Shown here one piece after another: positions 26,359 to 38,200 of a stretch of DNA of 64,000 nt. Origin of the DNA: Eledone cirrhosa (taxonomy: Eukaryota); NCBI GenBank assembly GCA_964016885.1, contig OZ024740.1, forward strand, positions 113,832,001-113,896,000, in the 5' to 3' direction. How positions within the stretch are numbered: the stretch's first letter is position 1; every line of letters starts with the position of its first letter. Both the position numbers and the translations under genes were made by a program. The notes below the pieces were generated by a model. The model searched no databases, was not told where the DNA came from, and worked only from the letters and a program-made list of their open reading frames with translations.

Positions 26359-29300
26359 CTATAGGCGCATGGTCAGAGTAGGCCCATTCACACGAGCCAT
26401 TCTCGCCACATTCACCCACCTTTTAGCAAATGTACTGGGGGCAGCACTTCTCTCTCCACCCTCACCTTCCTTTCCAGGAGAAACTTGAAGAAGTTGATGA
26501 GGGATTGGCCGAAGAGAAAGGTGTTTGTCTTTAGTCCTTTCAACCTGGTCCACCATATAATCTCTTTCGCAACTGCCACCAGACAGAGGAAAATGTCATG
26601 CTCTTCCTGACCTAAGGAAGGCGGTGGATCGATCTTCAGTATGGACTCGGCCGATAGGCGGATTCGTCCACACGCGACAGTAGCTGTTCGACATAACTCC
26701 ACAAGTCAGTATTGCACGGACATCGGACAAGTGCGTGCAGAACGGTTTCGTCGTTCTGTGCGCATCTTGGGCAGGTCCGTCTGACAGCACTTCCGTGCCT
26801 GTAGAGTTTATCCTGAACCGGCTGTGCCCCCCGGTAGCACTGCCAAGCGAGGGATTTCTGGAAATTGTCCATCGTCCCCGGCTCAAAAGTCCTCCGGTAC
26901 AGACTGGTCAGTTCGACTTCGTCGAGGCCCAAAGCTTCTCCGAGTGCGTCATCGCACTTGCCCACCACTAATCCTCTATAGAACTCGAGAGTGGAAGTTC
27001 CACTGATCGCATTGCCCGCTTGGTAGAGGGCAATGAGTGCCTGGCAACATTCCAGGTGCTAGTCACCCAGTCTCAGTCTCTTCTTGACCAAGGACTGCAG
27101 CTCAGTCAAAGAAATGAGCTGCGGAAAGGCCCGTCTGATAAATGGCGACCACACCTGTTCACCGTTGAGGCAGAATATCTGGAGATGTCGCAGCCTCAAC
27201 GCATGTCTGCGCATCATTAGCCACGGCATGCCCAGCCCTCCGCGTAGAGGGTGCCGGCAGCAGATGGACCGCCTCACCAACGGAACTTGTCCCCTCCACA
27301 AGAATTTGAAGAGGAGACGTTCCAGCTTGACGAGGCGCGGACGGGGGCAAGGCACGACGGTCAGGCGGTAGTAGATGACGGACGCGATGTACGCATTCGC
27401 CATCTCCGTGCGACCTTTCAGTGATAGCTTCCTCCCAGCCCATTTTTGGGTGAGACTGGCTACTCTGCTCGTTACCTCGTCCCAATTCTTTTCCACCTGG
27501 AGGTCTGGTCCGAACCAAACCCCGAGCAACCTTACTGGTCCGTCCGTCCAGTGCCCCACGACGCTGTTGGACGGCATGGGCTTGCCTCTCCAGGTTCCGA
27601 GCTGCAAGCCCACTGACTTTTCCGGGTTAAGTTTGGCTCCTGTCAACCTTTTATATTCCTTCAATAAGGTGCCGACCACCTCGATTTCTGAAGTGTTCGA
27701 CACCATCACCTTGATGTCGTCCGCATAAGCCGACACCGCCTTTCCACGTCCCGGTTCGAGCGGGATGCCCTGCAACAGCTCCAGCTTCCGCAGTAAAGGC
27801 TCGAGAGTCAATACGTACAGAAGGGAAGAGAGAGGGCACCCTTGACGGACCGATCGGGAGAGCCGAAATGGTTCTGAGAGGTGGCCATTAACCTTGACCA
27901 CCGAGCATGTGTCGCTGTGCATTGCAACGATCCAGCTTCTAAAGACAGTGCCGAAGCCAGCTGCTTTGAGGACAAACTCCAGATACCGATGGTCGACCCT
28001 ATCGAATGCTTTCGATTGATCTAAATTGATCAGTGCCCCACCGAGCCAGGTTTACACCTTACCCTCTCTATGATGTATCGCATGAGGTGGAGATTGTCGT
28101 GTATGGACCTGGCTGGGATTGCGCAAGTTTGTGCCTCCCCAACCAAATCCTCGACGACAAGCCCCCATCTCTTTGCTAACACCTTGGCCAAAATCTTAAA
28201 CTCTGTGTTGAGCAGAGTTATGGGCCTGAAGTTGTCTAATGTATCCCTCTTGTTCTCGTCTTTCCTTATCAGTGTCACCACTCCCCTGCTCACAGAACTG
28301 GGAATACTCCCATTCTGCTGCCAGTTGCAGTAGAGTGCTTCGAGGAGTTCGGAGAACAAGTCTGGCATATTTACGTAAAGCTCGTAGGGCAGGCCATCCA
28401 AACCGTGTGACTTGCGCCTCATGCAGACGACAAGGGCGTCCTGAATTTCGGCTGAAGTAATCGGCCTTTCGCAGCGCTCAGCGTCGACCGTCGAGATGCG
28501 CGGCAAGCCGTGAAGGTAGGGACTGAAATCCGCTACTCTCTCTGACTCAACACTCTCTCTGAACAACCGAACAAAGTGCTGGCGAAAGGCCTCACACATC
28601 CGCTTGGAATCGCTTATCTCGTGTCCGTCTCGGTCCGCCAACGACCGAATTGTGGTTTTATTACCACGCTGCGCCTCCGCCACGCGGGCCCATCGAACAG
28701 CTTTAGTTCCCTCGTTTCTCAGCGCACGCGCCTTAGCTCTGACAATACAACCTTCGTGTTTGGCATTGAAGAAATGGTCTAATGCTAGCACGTCAGTTGC
28801 GATGCCACTACAAATAGCTTCGTCTAACTTATCTACCAGCTCCCCCTTCTTTCTATATTTCTCTAACGCTAGTACTTTGCTGAACTCTATCGAAGTTACT
28901 CTAATCTCTCTTTTGAGAGCCACCCACCATCTGTTGTTGATGATCCCCCCTGTCAACTTTTGCTTAACTAAATTGTTGACTCGGTTGCTGTAAGCCTTAC
29001 GTGCCGGAAATGACATGTTCAGCTTCCAGTAACCCGGTCCTAACCTACGCGTTTTATTTAGGTCGACCGTACAGATCACAAATTTGTGATCTGAATAGGC
29101 GACCGTTTTAAAAAGTGGACAGCCCACACTATTTATATCTATTTTCCTAATGAAGATCCTGTCTATATACGATCTAGATGACCCCATTCGGTTGGTCCAT
29201 GTCCATACTGGTACATTGGGGAAATCTAGTCGATACCTGCCAGACAGTTGGAACTGGCTGAGTAGGTGCTTGAGGCTTTTGCACCCCCCGCTCCTATCGG

Positions 29301-29767
29301 CTACTCCCACACAATCTCAGCGTGCGTCTAAGATGCCATTCCAGTCCCCCGCTAACAGTAAAGGGCGAGACGTACCCAGAAAGGTCTCCAGGCGTCTAAA
29401 GAAGTCAGGTCGTCCGGCCCCTGTAGGGGCGTAGACGGCCAGCAGTCTAAAGGCACCACCTTCGCTACTGCTCACATCCAAGACCACCAATTTACCGTCC
29501 GGGTCCCGGAAAGATCGACCTTACCTCGAGATCCAGTCCTTTCCTAAACAGCACTGCCACCCCACCCCTCATTCCCGGGCTGCTAACAGATGCGAAGATC
29601 TGATAGTCGTCGAAAATGGGGGCTAGTGCGCGCGTGTCCGAAATTCTGCTCTCGCTTACGGCAATCACATCCATTTCCAGCGCCCGGAGGTCGTTGAGTA
29701 GGCGACCCTGCTTCCAGGGTGACCCCATGCCACGAACATTTAAACTTCCTACTCTTAATATGGCCAT
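26359..29767 (-). pseudogene. ORF2 (APE endonuclease, RT, CCHC), frameshifted
   Basis: VGSLNVRG, SDHKFV, FRPITLLNTEFKILAK, VRQGCPLS, AYADD and CPRC..H..C occur across several ORF pieces. Confidence 0.93.
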
Positions 29768-29776
29768 ATTGGTAAG

Positions 29777-31690
29777 CTAAGAGAGAGAGAGGGAAGGTTT
29801 ACTTACCTCCCGGGTCTTGTGAAGGTCGGGTGGTTCGACCTCCATGGTTGGTGGGATTTCTTTTGGGAACCTCTTTAAAAGTCTTGATGTGGGTTTCACA
29901 TTCGGGGTTCCCACGTCTTCAGGAAAGCTCTCTCGAATTTCTTTGAAGGAATTGAGTGACATTCGGACCAGAAGCAAATCTTCTGGCACGCAAAATGTGC
30001 TCATTTCAAAAATCTCCCCTCTGTTTGAATGTCCTCGCTTCGCGCTAAGAGGGCCATCAGTTTATCGTTGGCCCTTCTGACAAGCACGACATTTTTAACA
30101 TTTTTTTGGTGTGGTTTTATTTGTTTTCGTCTTGGTGAAGGTGGTGGTGATGGTTTTGGTGGTGTTGTTTCAGGTATGCCTATGTTTGTTGTAGGTGTGG
30201 TGTCTGAAATTTTAGGTATTTGTGTGTTTGTTTGTACTTGTGTTTGTTTAGGTGGTTTGCTTTTCGGGGATTGTGGAGGTTGTGTCGATGTTGCTGTTGG
30301 TGATGATGTTATTGGGGAAGTATTTGCGTTAGTGGTGTCTGTATTTTTTGTTGTGTGTGTTTTTCTGGTTTGTTGGGGCTTTTTTCTTTTAGTTTTCTCT
30401 GTTTTTTGGCACTTTTGGGTTTTCCTTCATCTTCGCTGCTGGAAGACAAAGGGTCTGTGTCTGTGAGTGTCTCTGTGTCTGTGTGTGCGTTTATTGTTTT
30501 GTCTATGTGTATAATTGGGGGGGGGGGGGAGTGGGAGAGCTTTCCTCGTTTTGGTGTTGGTGGCGATCCAGCTGGTTTTGATGTTGGTGTCCGTGTTTTT
30601 GTTGATGTTGTTTTTGGTGGTGGTGGTGGTGGTGGTGCAGCTTTCCGTGCTGACACTGACGTTGGCAACAAAGGAGGTTTGCGACCCCCTGCATGTTTGC
30701 GCTGAGGGCAGAAGTCTTGAAGATGCGTTGCTTCCCCGCAGACGAAGCAGCGTGGCCTTCTTCCGTCAATCATTAGTTGGATTGTTGTCCCGTCCTGCAG
30801 GCGGGCAAAATCCGGGATGTTATTCATATCCTCCGTTTTCATTTGGAGAAGAATCTCCAAATCCATGTCCAGGAGGGTAGTGTCTGTCCCCTCCTCGATT
30901 ACGCATCCCAGCAGCCACCATATGTTCATTCCTGGCTGGGAATGCGTACCTTCACTGTCCTTTTACCCATATAGGATGGATGCATGATAATGCGTTCCGT
31001 TCTGCAGGGGGTCACCGAGTGCTTAATATCGAGGGCCTCGGTTTTGAACAGTACCGAGATGGTACCGAACTGTTTGCCTCTTGCTTTGTACTCTATGTTA
31101 CTTCCGATGTACTCCAAAGCAGCCGCTACCTCTGCTTGGCTCGCAAGTTCCACTTTTCGTGTCTGCACCGAAATACATCGAAAGAACACCGTCCTCCTTT
31201 GCATGGCCGCTATTGCCTCGTCCGGGATGGTCAGGTTTGCCCAGGACTTCTCCCGTTTAATTAGCCTCCACGCTTTGGCCCACTGTTAGTCTTTATCGCT
31301 AATATCAATATCAATATTCAATAAGCGCTTTGTTTTTACTGTTGCTGCAGCAAATGTGGTGTTTCTGATGCTCTTATTGTTGTTGTTGTCATTCTTGCTA
31401 TTGTTATTGGTGTTGCCACCGCCATCCTTGTTTACATTGAAGCTGTCGGTGTTATTGTCGTTATTGCTCTGAGTTGTTGTTGTGGTGGTGGTGGTGGTGA
31501 TGTCGTTTTCAGAAGATACTGCTGCTATCGCAGAAGGTTGTGATGGTAGCTTTTGAGTTTTGCCTTCACATTCAGTAGAGTGGATGACAGGCATGACTGT
31601 AGCCATCGTAGTCGTGGTGAAATCTACAGTGGCTGCCTTTAAACTTTTGACATGAACGTTGTTTACCGTTTCAAGGTCGAAAATTTCCAT
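29777..31690 (-). pseudogene. ORF1 (gag-like, zinc knuckle), frameshifted
   Basis: Thr/Asn-rich N-terminus, PSYMGKRTVKVRI, the knuckle CFVCGEATHLQDFC, and a Pro-rich linker. Confidence 0.85.
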
Positions 31691-32149
31691 AATTTTCTTT
31701 TGGTGGGGAAGTGATTTTTTTCGATGTTTTTAAAAATAAATCTGAATATTCGGGCTTAAAGCCCGAATATTGAGAGGTATCCCTCTCTTTAAATCAAGAT
31801 GTGTACCTTAAGTTTCGTTAACGACAAGAAAATACAAAAAAATGACACTTTAAAACAGCTTAACGTTACGAACCTTTCCCCCCGCAGATTTGTAATAATA
31901 ATAATAATAATATTAATAATAAAAATAATAGTTGGTATAATTGAAGTTGCAGTCGCGATTATCAGTTTCGAAATCGATTTTCTGAGGCTGGCATGAAGCA
32001 CCCAATGAGACGATATTAATAAATCGATAAATTTTTGCGCAGCGTAATAAAAATAATTTAGATATGTGACACAGTGCAGATTTCGACCGGAGGCGAGCTG
32101 CCATCTTAATACTACAAGTACGAAAATACAAACAGGTTAAACACGAAGC

Positions 32150-32313
32150 TGGACCTGATCGATGCCATGCTTTGCAGCATAGAGTTATGACCCTTTATGG
32201 CCTGAGTTCAAATCCCACCGAGGTTAAATTTGCCTTTCATCCTTACGGATTCGATAAAATAAGGTACCAGTAATGTAGTTGGTAATTGGTGGCCTTGTGC
32301 CAAAAGTAGAAAC

Positions 32314-32318
<5 letters not shown>
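32150..32318 (+). mobile_element. SINE, same family as 12952-13130
   Basis: GAGTTCAAATCCC, GCCTTTCATCCTTACGG.TCGATAAAATAAGGTACCAG and GGCCTTGTGCCAAAAGTAGAAAC, followed by (TA)n. Confidence 0.8.
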
Positions 32319-32397
<79 letters not shown>

Positions 32398-32419
32398 ATA
32401 TATCTATCTATCTATCTAT

Positions 32420-32632
32420 CTAGGGCGGGTAAAATTCCCGAGAGCCATGGACGAGTTCTCTCCAGCGGTCTCTGTCCGTCATTATCGCTGCCATGTCCTG
32501 CGTCTCCAACAGACCAGTGTCTGTCCTTAGGGCATCAACATGCGTTAACCTTGGTCTTCCTCTTCCAGTGTGTCCATGTAGGGGCTCCTACAGGAGCACT
32601 GAGTGCAATGTCAACTCTGGATGTCGGTGTAG

Positions 32633-32633
<1 letters not shown>
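32420..32633 (-). mobile_element. RTE-type LINE 3' fragment
   Basis: Minus-strand translation is HRHPEL..VLL*EPLHGHTGRGRPRLTHVDALRTDTGL...MTDRDRWRELV. It sits between (TA)n/(TATC)n tracts. Confidence 0.75.
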
Positions 32634-32695
<62 letters not shown>

Positions 32696-32698
<3 letters not shown>

Positions 32699-32888
32699 CG
32701 GTGGATTAGAAGCATAGGCAGAGAGTCGGACGCCATGCTTTGCAGCAAAGAGCTACGGCCCTTTATGGTCTGTGTTCAAATCCACCTGAGGTTAACTTTG
32801 CCTTTCATCCTTACGAGGTCGATAAAATAAAGTACCAGAAATACACTGGTTAATTTCTGTTATTGTGCCAACAGTAGAACCAATTATA
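32696..32888 (+). mobile_element. SINE, same family
   Basis: GTTCAAATCC and TTTGCCTTTCATCCTTACGAGGTCGATAAAATAAAGTACCAG. Confidence 0.8.
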
Positions 32889-33271
32889 TAAATATATTCG
32901 ATTGGTTTCTGGGAAATCCGTAAGCAACACTCCAAGTTGCGTGCATGCATGTCTGTAATGTACCCTAACATGGAACGAGGATATCTCGTTCTCAACAGGT
33001 ATTTCGTTCCGTTATCCACAAAGCACGGCTTATTACGTCCACTGCCAATGATTGTAGCAGTAACTTTGGCAGTGGAATTACGTGTTCTTTCTCAAGAAAA
33101 GAGGAAATTCACATCCTGGCTTCCGTGGGTATATTCAAAAGTGTGAGTGAACAAATGAATTTATTCACAGTCTCGAAGTAAGCTCTCACCTAGGTTATGA
33201 AACAAATAATAAATAATCAATCAATCAAGTAATCAATGAACTAATTAATTAAAAAGGCTAGGAGAAAATAA

Positions 33272-33320
<49 letters not shown>

Positions 33321-33322
<2 letters not shown>

Positions 33323-33470
33323 GCTTTTTGGAACGCTTCAAAAGGCATGCTTGCTTGGAACAGCAAGAACCCTCCGATACGTCCTGAATATCTGAGGCTG
33401 CAGGTAGTGGCTTGATATACAATCCAACGGACTTTCCAGTTAACCAACATCAATGACTGAGATTCAAGGA
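33321..33470 (+). mobile_element. 5'-truncated R4/Dong family A copy (150 bp)
   Basis: Nearly identical to 38541-38690, with (AAT)n on both sides. Confidence 0.95.
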
Positions 33471-33478
33471 ATAACAAC

Positions 33479-33518
<40 letters not shown>

Positions 33519-33794
33519 GACTTAAAGTGGGAGGTAAAAAGGATTTGGAACTGCCATGAAGTCAAAGTGATCCCGATTGTCATAGGCGCACTGAGGACTA
33601 TCTCCAAAAGTTTCCAGGGATGGTTAAAGAAAATCGGCCCCTTCACGCTTTTTGGAACGCTTCAAAAGGCATGCTTGCTGGGAACAGCAAGAACCCTCCG
33701 ATACGTCCTGAATATCTGAGGCTGCAGGTAATGGCTTGATATTCATTCCAACGGACTTTCCAGTTAACTAACATCAATGACTGAGATTCAAGGA
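33519..33794 (+). mobile_element. 5'-truncated R4/Dong family A copy (~275 bp)
   Basis: DLKWEVKRIW...RYVLNI* plus the 3' UTR, with (AAT)n on both sides. Confidence 0.95.
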
Positions 33795-33846
<52 letters not shown>

Positions 33847-34006
33847 GGGAAGAAGACGCACGAGGTGACGGAGGTCATGAAATCGCTCCCGTAAGTTTTG
33901 AATTTTTAACATATTTAAATCATTTGTGAAATAACAACTCTTAGTACAAATGCTACGTAAAGCACCCGGCTTGAGCCCCAAAAAAATTCGGACCCAAAAT
34001 ATATAA

Positions 34007-34652
34007 GGCTCAAATATTCAAATATTCAACTTTGTATTGTACACTGTATATCCAAAAAAAAAATGGCTATAAATGGAAGAAGAAGACCCCCCCCCCCTCC
34101 TCTCCTCTGGCTACACTATATAGGACAGCTAAACTCACCAACACCAGAAACTAGATACACCACCCACCCCATCATCTGTGTACACTAAACACAACAGCAT
34201 TTTCACCTTCACCGCCACCGCTCACTACGGCCATCATTACCACCACTATCCCATCACCGCCGCCACCACCCCTTGACTCCTTCACTGCTGCTGCCACCGC
34301 TACAGCACCACCACTACAGTAATACGGCTCAAATATTCAAATATTCAACTTTGTATTGTACACTGTATATCCCCCCAAAAAAAAATAAAATGGCTATAAA
34401 TGGAAGAAGAAGAACCCCCCCCCCTCCTCTCCTCTGGCTACACTATATAGGCCAGCGAAACTCACCAACACCAGAAACTAGATACACCACCCACCCCATC
34501 ATCTGTGTACACTAAACACAACAGCATTTTCACCTTCACCGCCACCGCTCACTACGGCCATCATTACCAACACTATCCCATCACCGCCGCCACCCCCCCC
34601 TGACTCCTTCACTGCTGCTGCCACCGCTACAGCACCATCACTACAGTAATAC
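34007..34652 (+). repeat. Tandem duplication of a ~320-bp unit in the A1 leader
   Basis: 34007-34325 and 34326-34652 both run GGCTCAAATATTCAAATATTC...CTACAGTAATAC. Confidence 0.92.
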
Positions 34653-35223
34653 GGTCGCATCACCGCCACCACTGCCTCGGTATCGACATCACCACCACCA
34701 CTGTCTCAGTATCGCCAACGCCGCCAGTCTCTGCTGGCTACCACTTCCACATTATAGAATTCCTACTACTAACAAAGAGGAAGGCATCAAAATATATAGA
34801 TAGACTCAAAAGAAAAAAGAAAAAACAAACAACAAAAGCAGCACAGCAACAACAGTAAAAAACGAGAAAAACAGAGAAAAACAAAAACAAAAAAAGAAAC
34901 CCCAAAAACGTAAAGAAAATAAGAATGAAGAGAGAAGCAGGCGGACGGACAGAGAAGAGGGGGGAAAAAGTAAAACTTAAAAAACAAAAACTAAGTCAGA
35001 CATTCGAATACTACATTACAATGAAACTTATGCTTATTCATTTTTGGGGCCCTTTCTGCCCGTGTGTTTGTTTGTTTATGTGTGTCCGTATACAGCGTGG
35101 TGATAATGCCACACAAGGGCCAAGTGGGATGGCGGATCCACAGATGGCTATGTAAACATACATTCGCCAATCCTCGATAAGAGTGTTTAAATATCGAACA
35201 TAAACAGTTCGAATAACGGTGAA

Positions 35224-38200
35224 ATGGAGACTAGAACGTCATGTGACAGACTCTCACCCAACAGGTGCCCCCTGGCTCAGCAGCAGGAACCTGACTGTCA
35301 ACCAAATACTGCTGATGTTGGAGGAAGAAGAAGAAGGAAAGGGGCCAGAACCAACTGGACGAAAGAATTGAATAGAACTGTTATGCAATGCTACCTGAAA
35401 AGTAACCCCAATGAGAGGGGCTACAGGAGACGGATGCATAACATCTGGAACGAGATTGGTTTATTTAAATTAGATGAACAAAAATTGGCCGGGCAGGCTC
35501 GGGTAATAAGAACAAATGGGTGGATAAGCGAGCTGGAACTGGAGGAACTGAGCAGAGAGAATGGCTTGGAGATGGCGGGTGTAGTATGCCAGACAAGCGA
35601 GCCGGCGGGAAAAGAAGGTGAGGAGGTCCTGAGAACGGAGGAACCACCCGAAGCAGACAATGATCTGAATACTGAGATAAATAATACCTGGAACAGAGAT
35701 ACGGCCACTGAGGAGATGAATGCTGACGGGCTAGGACAAGATTCGGTTGACATCCTAAATTTAGTGGTAGATGAGTTGAACAATGATAGTGGGAGACCTA
35801 TGAACCTAAGATTTGTAGACAGGAAAAAGTTAAAAGAAACAACAGCTAAGGTAAACAAAGTCATCCCATACCTTGAGGCGAGGAGTCTTCACCAGTGCAA
35901 CAATATCCTGAAAGCAACAGCAAATACGGTGAGGAAACTACTTGGTATAAAAGCGAGAGGAAACAACAGACAAGAAAGAGCAGAGCCGTGGTGGAAGAAG
36001 CGACTGAGTGGGCAAATCGGGGAAATGAGAAATGACATAGGAAAGCTTGAGTCACTACTGAATGGGACACTAAAAAACATAGGCACTAAAAATAGACTGG
36101 AAATAAAATACAAAACTAGGAGTAAAAAGCTAAATATTATCATAGAGGAATTGAAGCAACGCATTGTAGCAAAGAGTGCAAAAATCAGGCGATACGAGAA
36201 CAGAGTCAGTCAGTATAAACAGAACCGCATGTTCGACAACAACCAGAAGATGCTGTTTGGACAGCTTGAGGGCAAAGAAAGAGGCAACGACTTGATCCCT
36301 GGGGCGGAACAAGCTAAAACATTCTGGAGAGGAATATGGGAGCAGGATGTTAGACACAATGCCCAGGCAGGGTGGATTGAGACAGTACAGAGGGAGATCG
36401 GTGAGCAGGCACAGCAACAGACTGATTTGAGTATCACAGTTGAAACTCTTAAGGGGCAAGCCAAAAGACTAACCAACTGGAAATCACCAGGCCCAGATGG
36501 TGTGCAGGGGTATTGGATTAAACATTTAACATCCCTCCACCCGAAGCTGACGGCCATGTTCAATGACTGCTTGGTGTCGGGTGAGGTGCCAGAGTGGTTG
36601 ACAAAAGGTACCACAGTTCTGATAATGAAAGACCGAATCAAGGGTAATGATGTTACCAACTATAGACCTATCACATGTCTGCCCGTAATGTGGAAACTGT
36701 TGACGAGCATTGTGTCTGAGGAAATCTACCATCACCTCCACACAAACAACTTGTTGCCGGACGAACAGAAAGGATGCCGAAAGAAGTCACGTGGTACAAA
36801 GGACCAGTTGCTTATTGATAAGATGGTAATGGGGAATTGCAGGAGGAGACACACTGATCTTGCCATGGGATGGATAGACTACAGAAAGGCATTTGACATG
36901 GTGCCTCATTCCTGGATCACCAAAAGCCTGGAGATCTTCAGGGTGGCAGATAACATCAGACAGTTGCTGGGCAGGAGTATGGGGTCCTGGGAGACAGAGT
37001 TGACATCAACTGGAGTATCCTTGGGAAGCGTGAAGATCAAGAGAGGTATCTTCCAGGGAGATAGCCTGTCCCCTCTGTTGTTTGTCCTTGCCCTGATGCC
37101 CTTGACCATTATGCTGCGAAAAGTGAGAGCAGGATACAAGTTGGGAAGGGGAGAGCTTACCATCAATCACCTCCTCTTCATGGACGATCTTAAGCTCTTC
37201 GGGAAAAGTTAGAAGGAGTTGGATGTGCTTGTTGACACTGTCCGTATTTTCAGCAGTGATATATGTATGCAGTTTGGTATTGGTAAATGTGGAGTCATTG
37301 TGATGAGGAGGGGTAGGTTGAGCAGAAGTAACGGGATCCAGATACCAACAGGTGAGATGATAAAGGAAATTGACTCTGAGGAAGGATACAAGTATTTGGG
37401 CGTTCTGGAGGCTGATGGCATAAAGAACAAAAAAATGAAGGAATTGTTAAGAACTGAATACATTCGGAGAGTAAGGAGCGTATTGAAGTCACATCTGAAC
37501 AGCAGAAATGCTATAAGCGCAGTAAATCCCGAGCTGTGTCTATTATTAGGTACAGTGCGGGAATTCTGAGATGGAATGTTGCTGAACAAAAAGAAATGGA
37601 TAGGAAGACTAGGAAGCTATTGACTATCTACAACATGTTCCACAAGAGGAGTGATGTCGATAGACTCTACCTAAGGAGATCTGAGGCTGGAAGAGGTCTT
37701 ATCAGCATAGAGGACTGTGTTCAGATGGAGAAAAACAACCTATACAAATACGTGACCTATAGTAAGGAGCCAATGCTCAGAGCTGTACTGAAGGAGGGGA
37801 CAGTGGGCCAGGGGATACCCAAGTAGGAAATAACATCAAGGAGGAAGAGCAGCCTTAAGGGAAAATCCCTTCATAGTACCTTCTTTGAGAAAACTGAATT
37901 TAGAGATCCACAGACATGGAACTGGTTGAGAAGAGGAGACCTCAAAAAGGCTACAGAAGGAATGCTAATGGCTGCGCAGGAGCAGGCCCTCAAAACGAAG
38001 TGGTTGAAGCACCATATCTACAAGGAGGAGGCTAGCCCACTGTGCAGGATCTGTGGAGAGAGAGAGGAGACTGTGGCTCACATTGTGTCCGAGTGTAAAC
38101 ACCTAGCCCAGACCCACTATAAGGGCTGGAGACACGATGTGATGGGCAGGGTGATCCACTGGCACCTGTGCAAAGTAAACAATCTACCACATTCTGAGAA

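Larger units (their letters stand above)
26080..31892 (-). mobile_element. Tx1/L1-clade element 'B': full-length, degenerate, diverged from family A
   Basis: Bounded by (AAT)n, with a ~200-nt 5' UTR, ORF1 and ORF2 broken by frameshifts, and AATAAA plus an (ATT)n tail. Confidence 0.93.

Noticed and set aside
35044-35180. HDV-like ribozyme in the Dong leader, expected for some R2/R4 elements
   Set aside because: I could not assemble the P1/P1.1/P2/P3 nested double pseudoknot by eye, here or in Dong-B. Reported only as unclassified structure.
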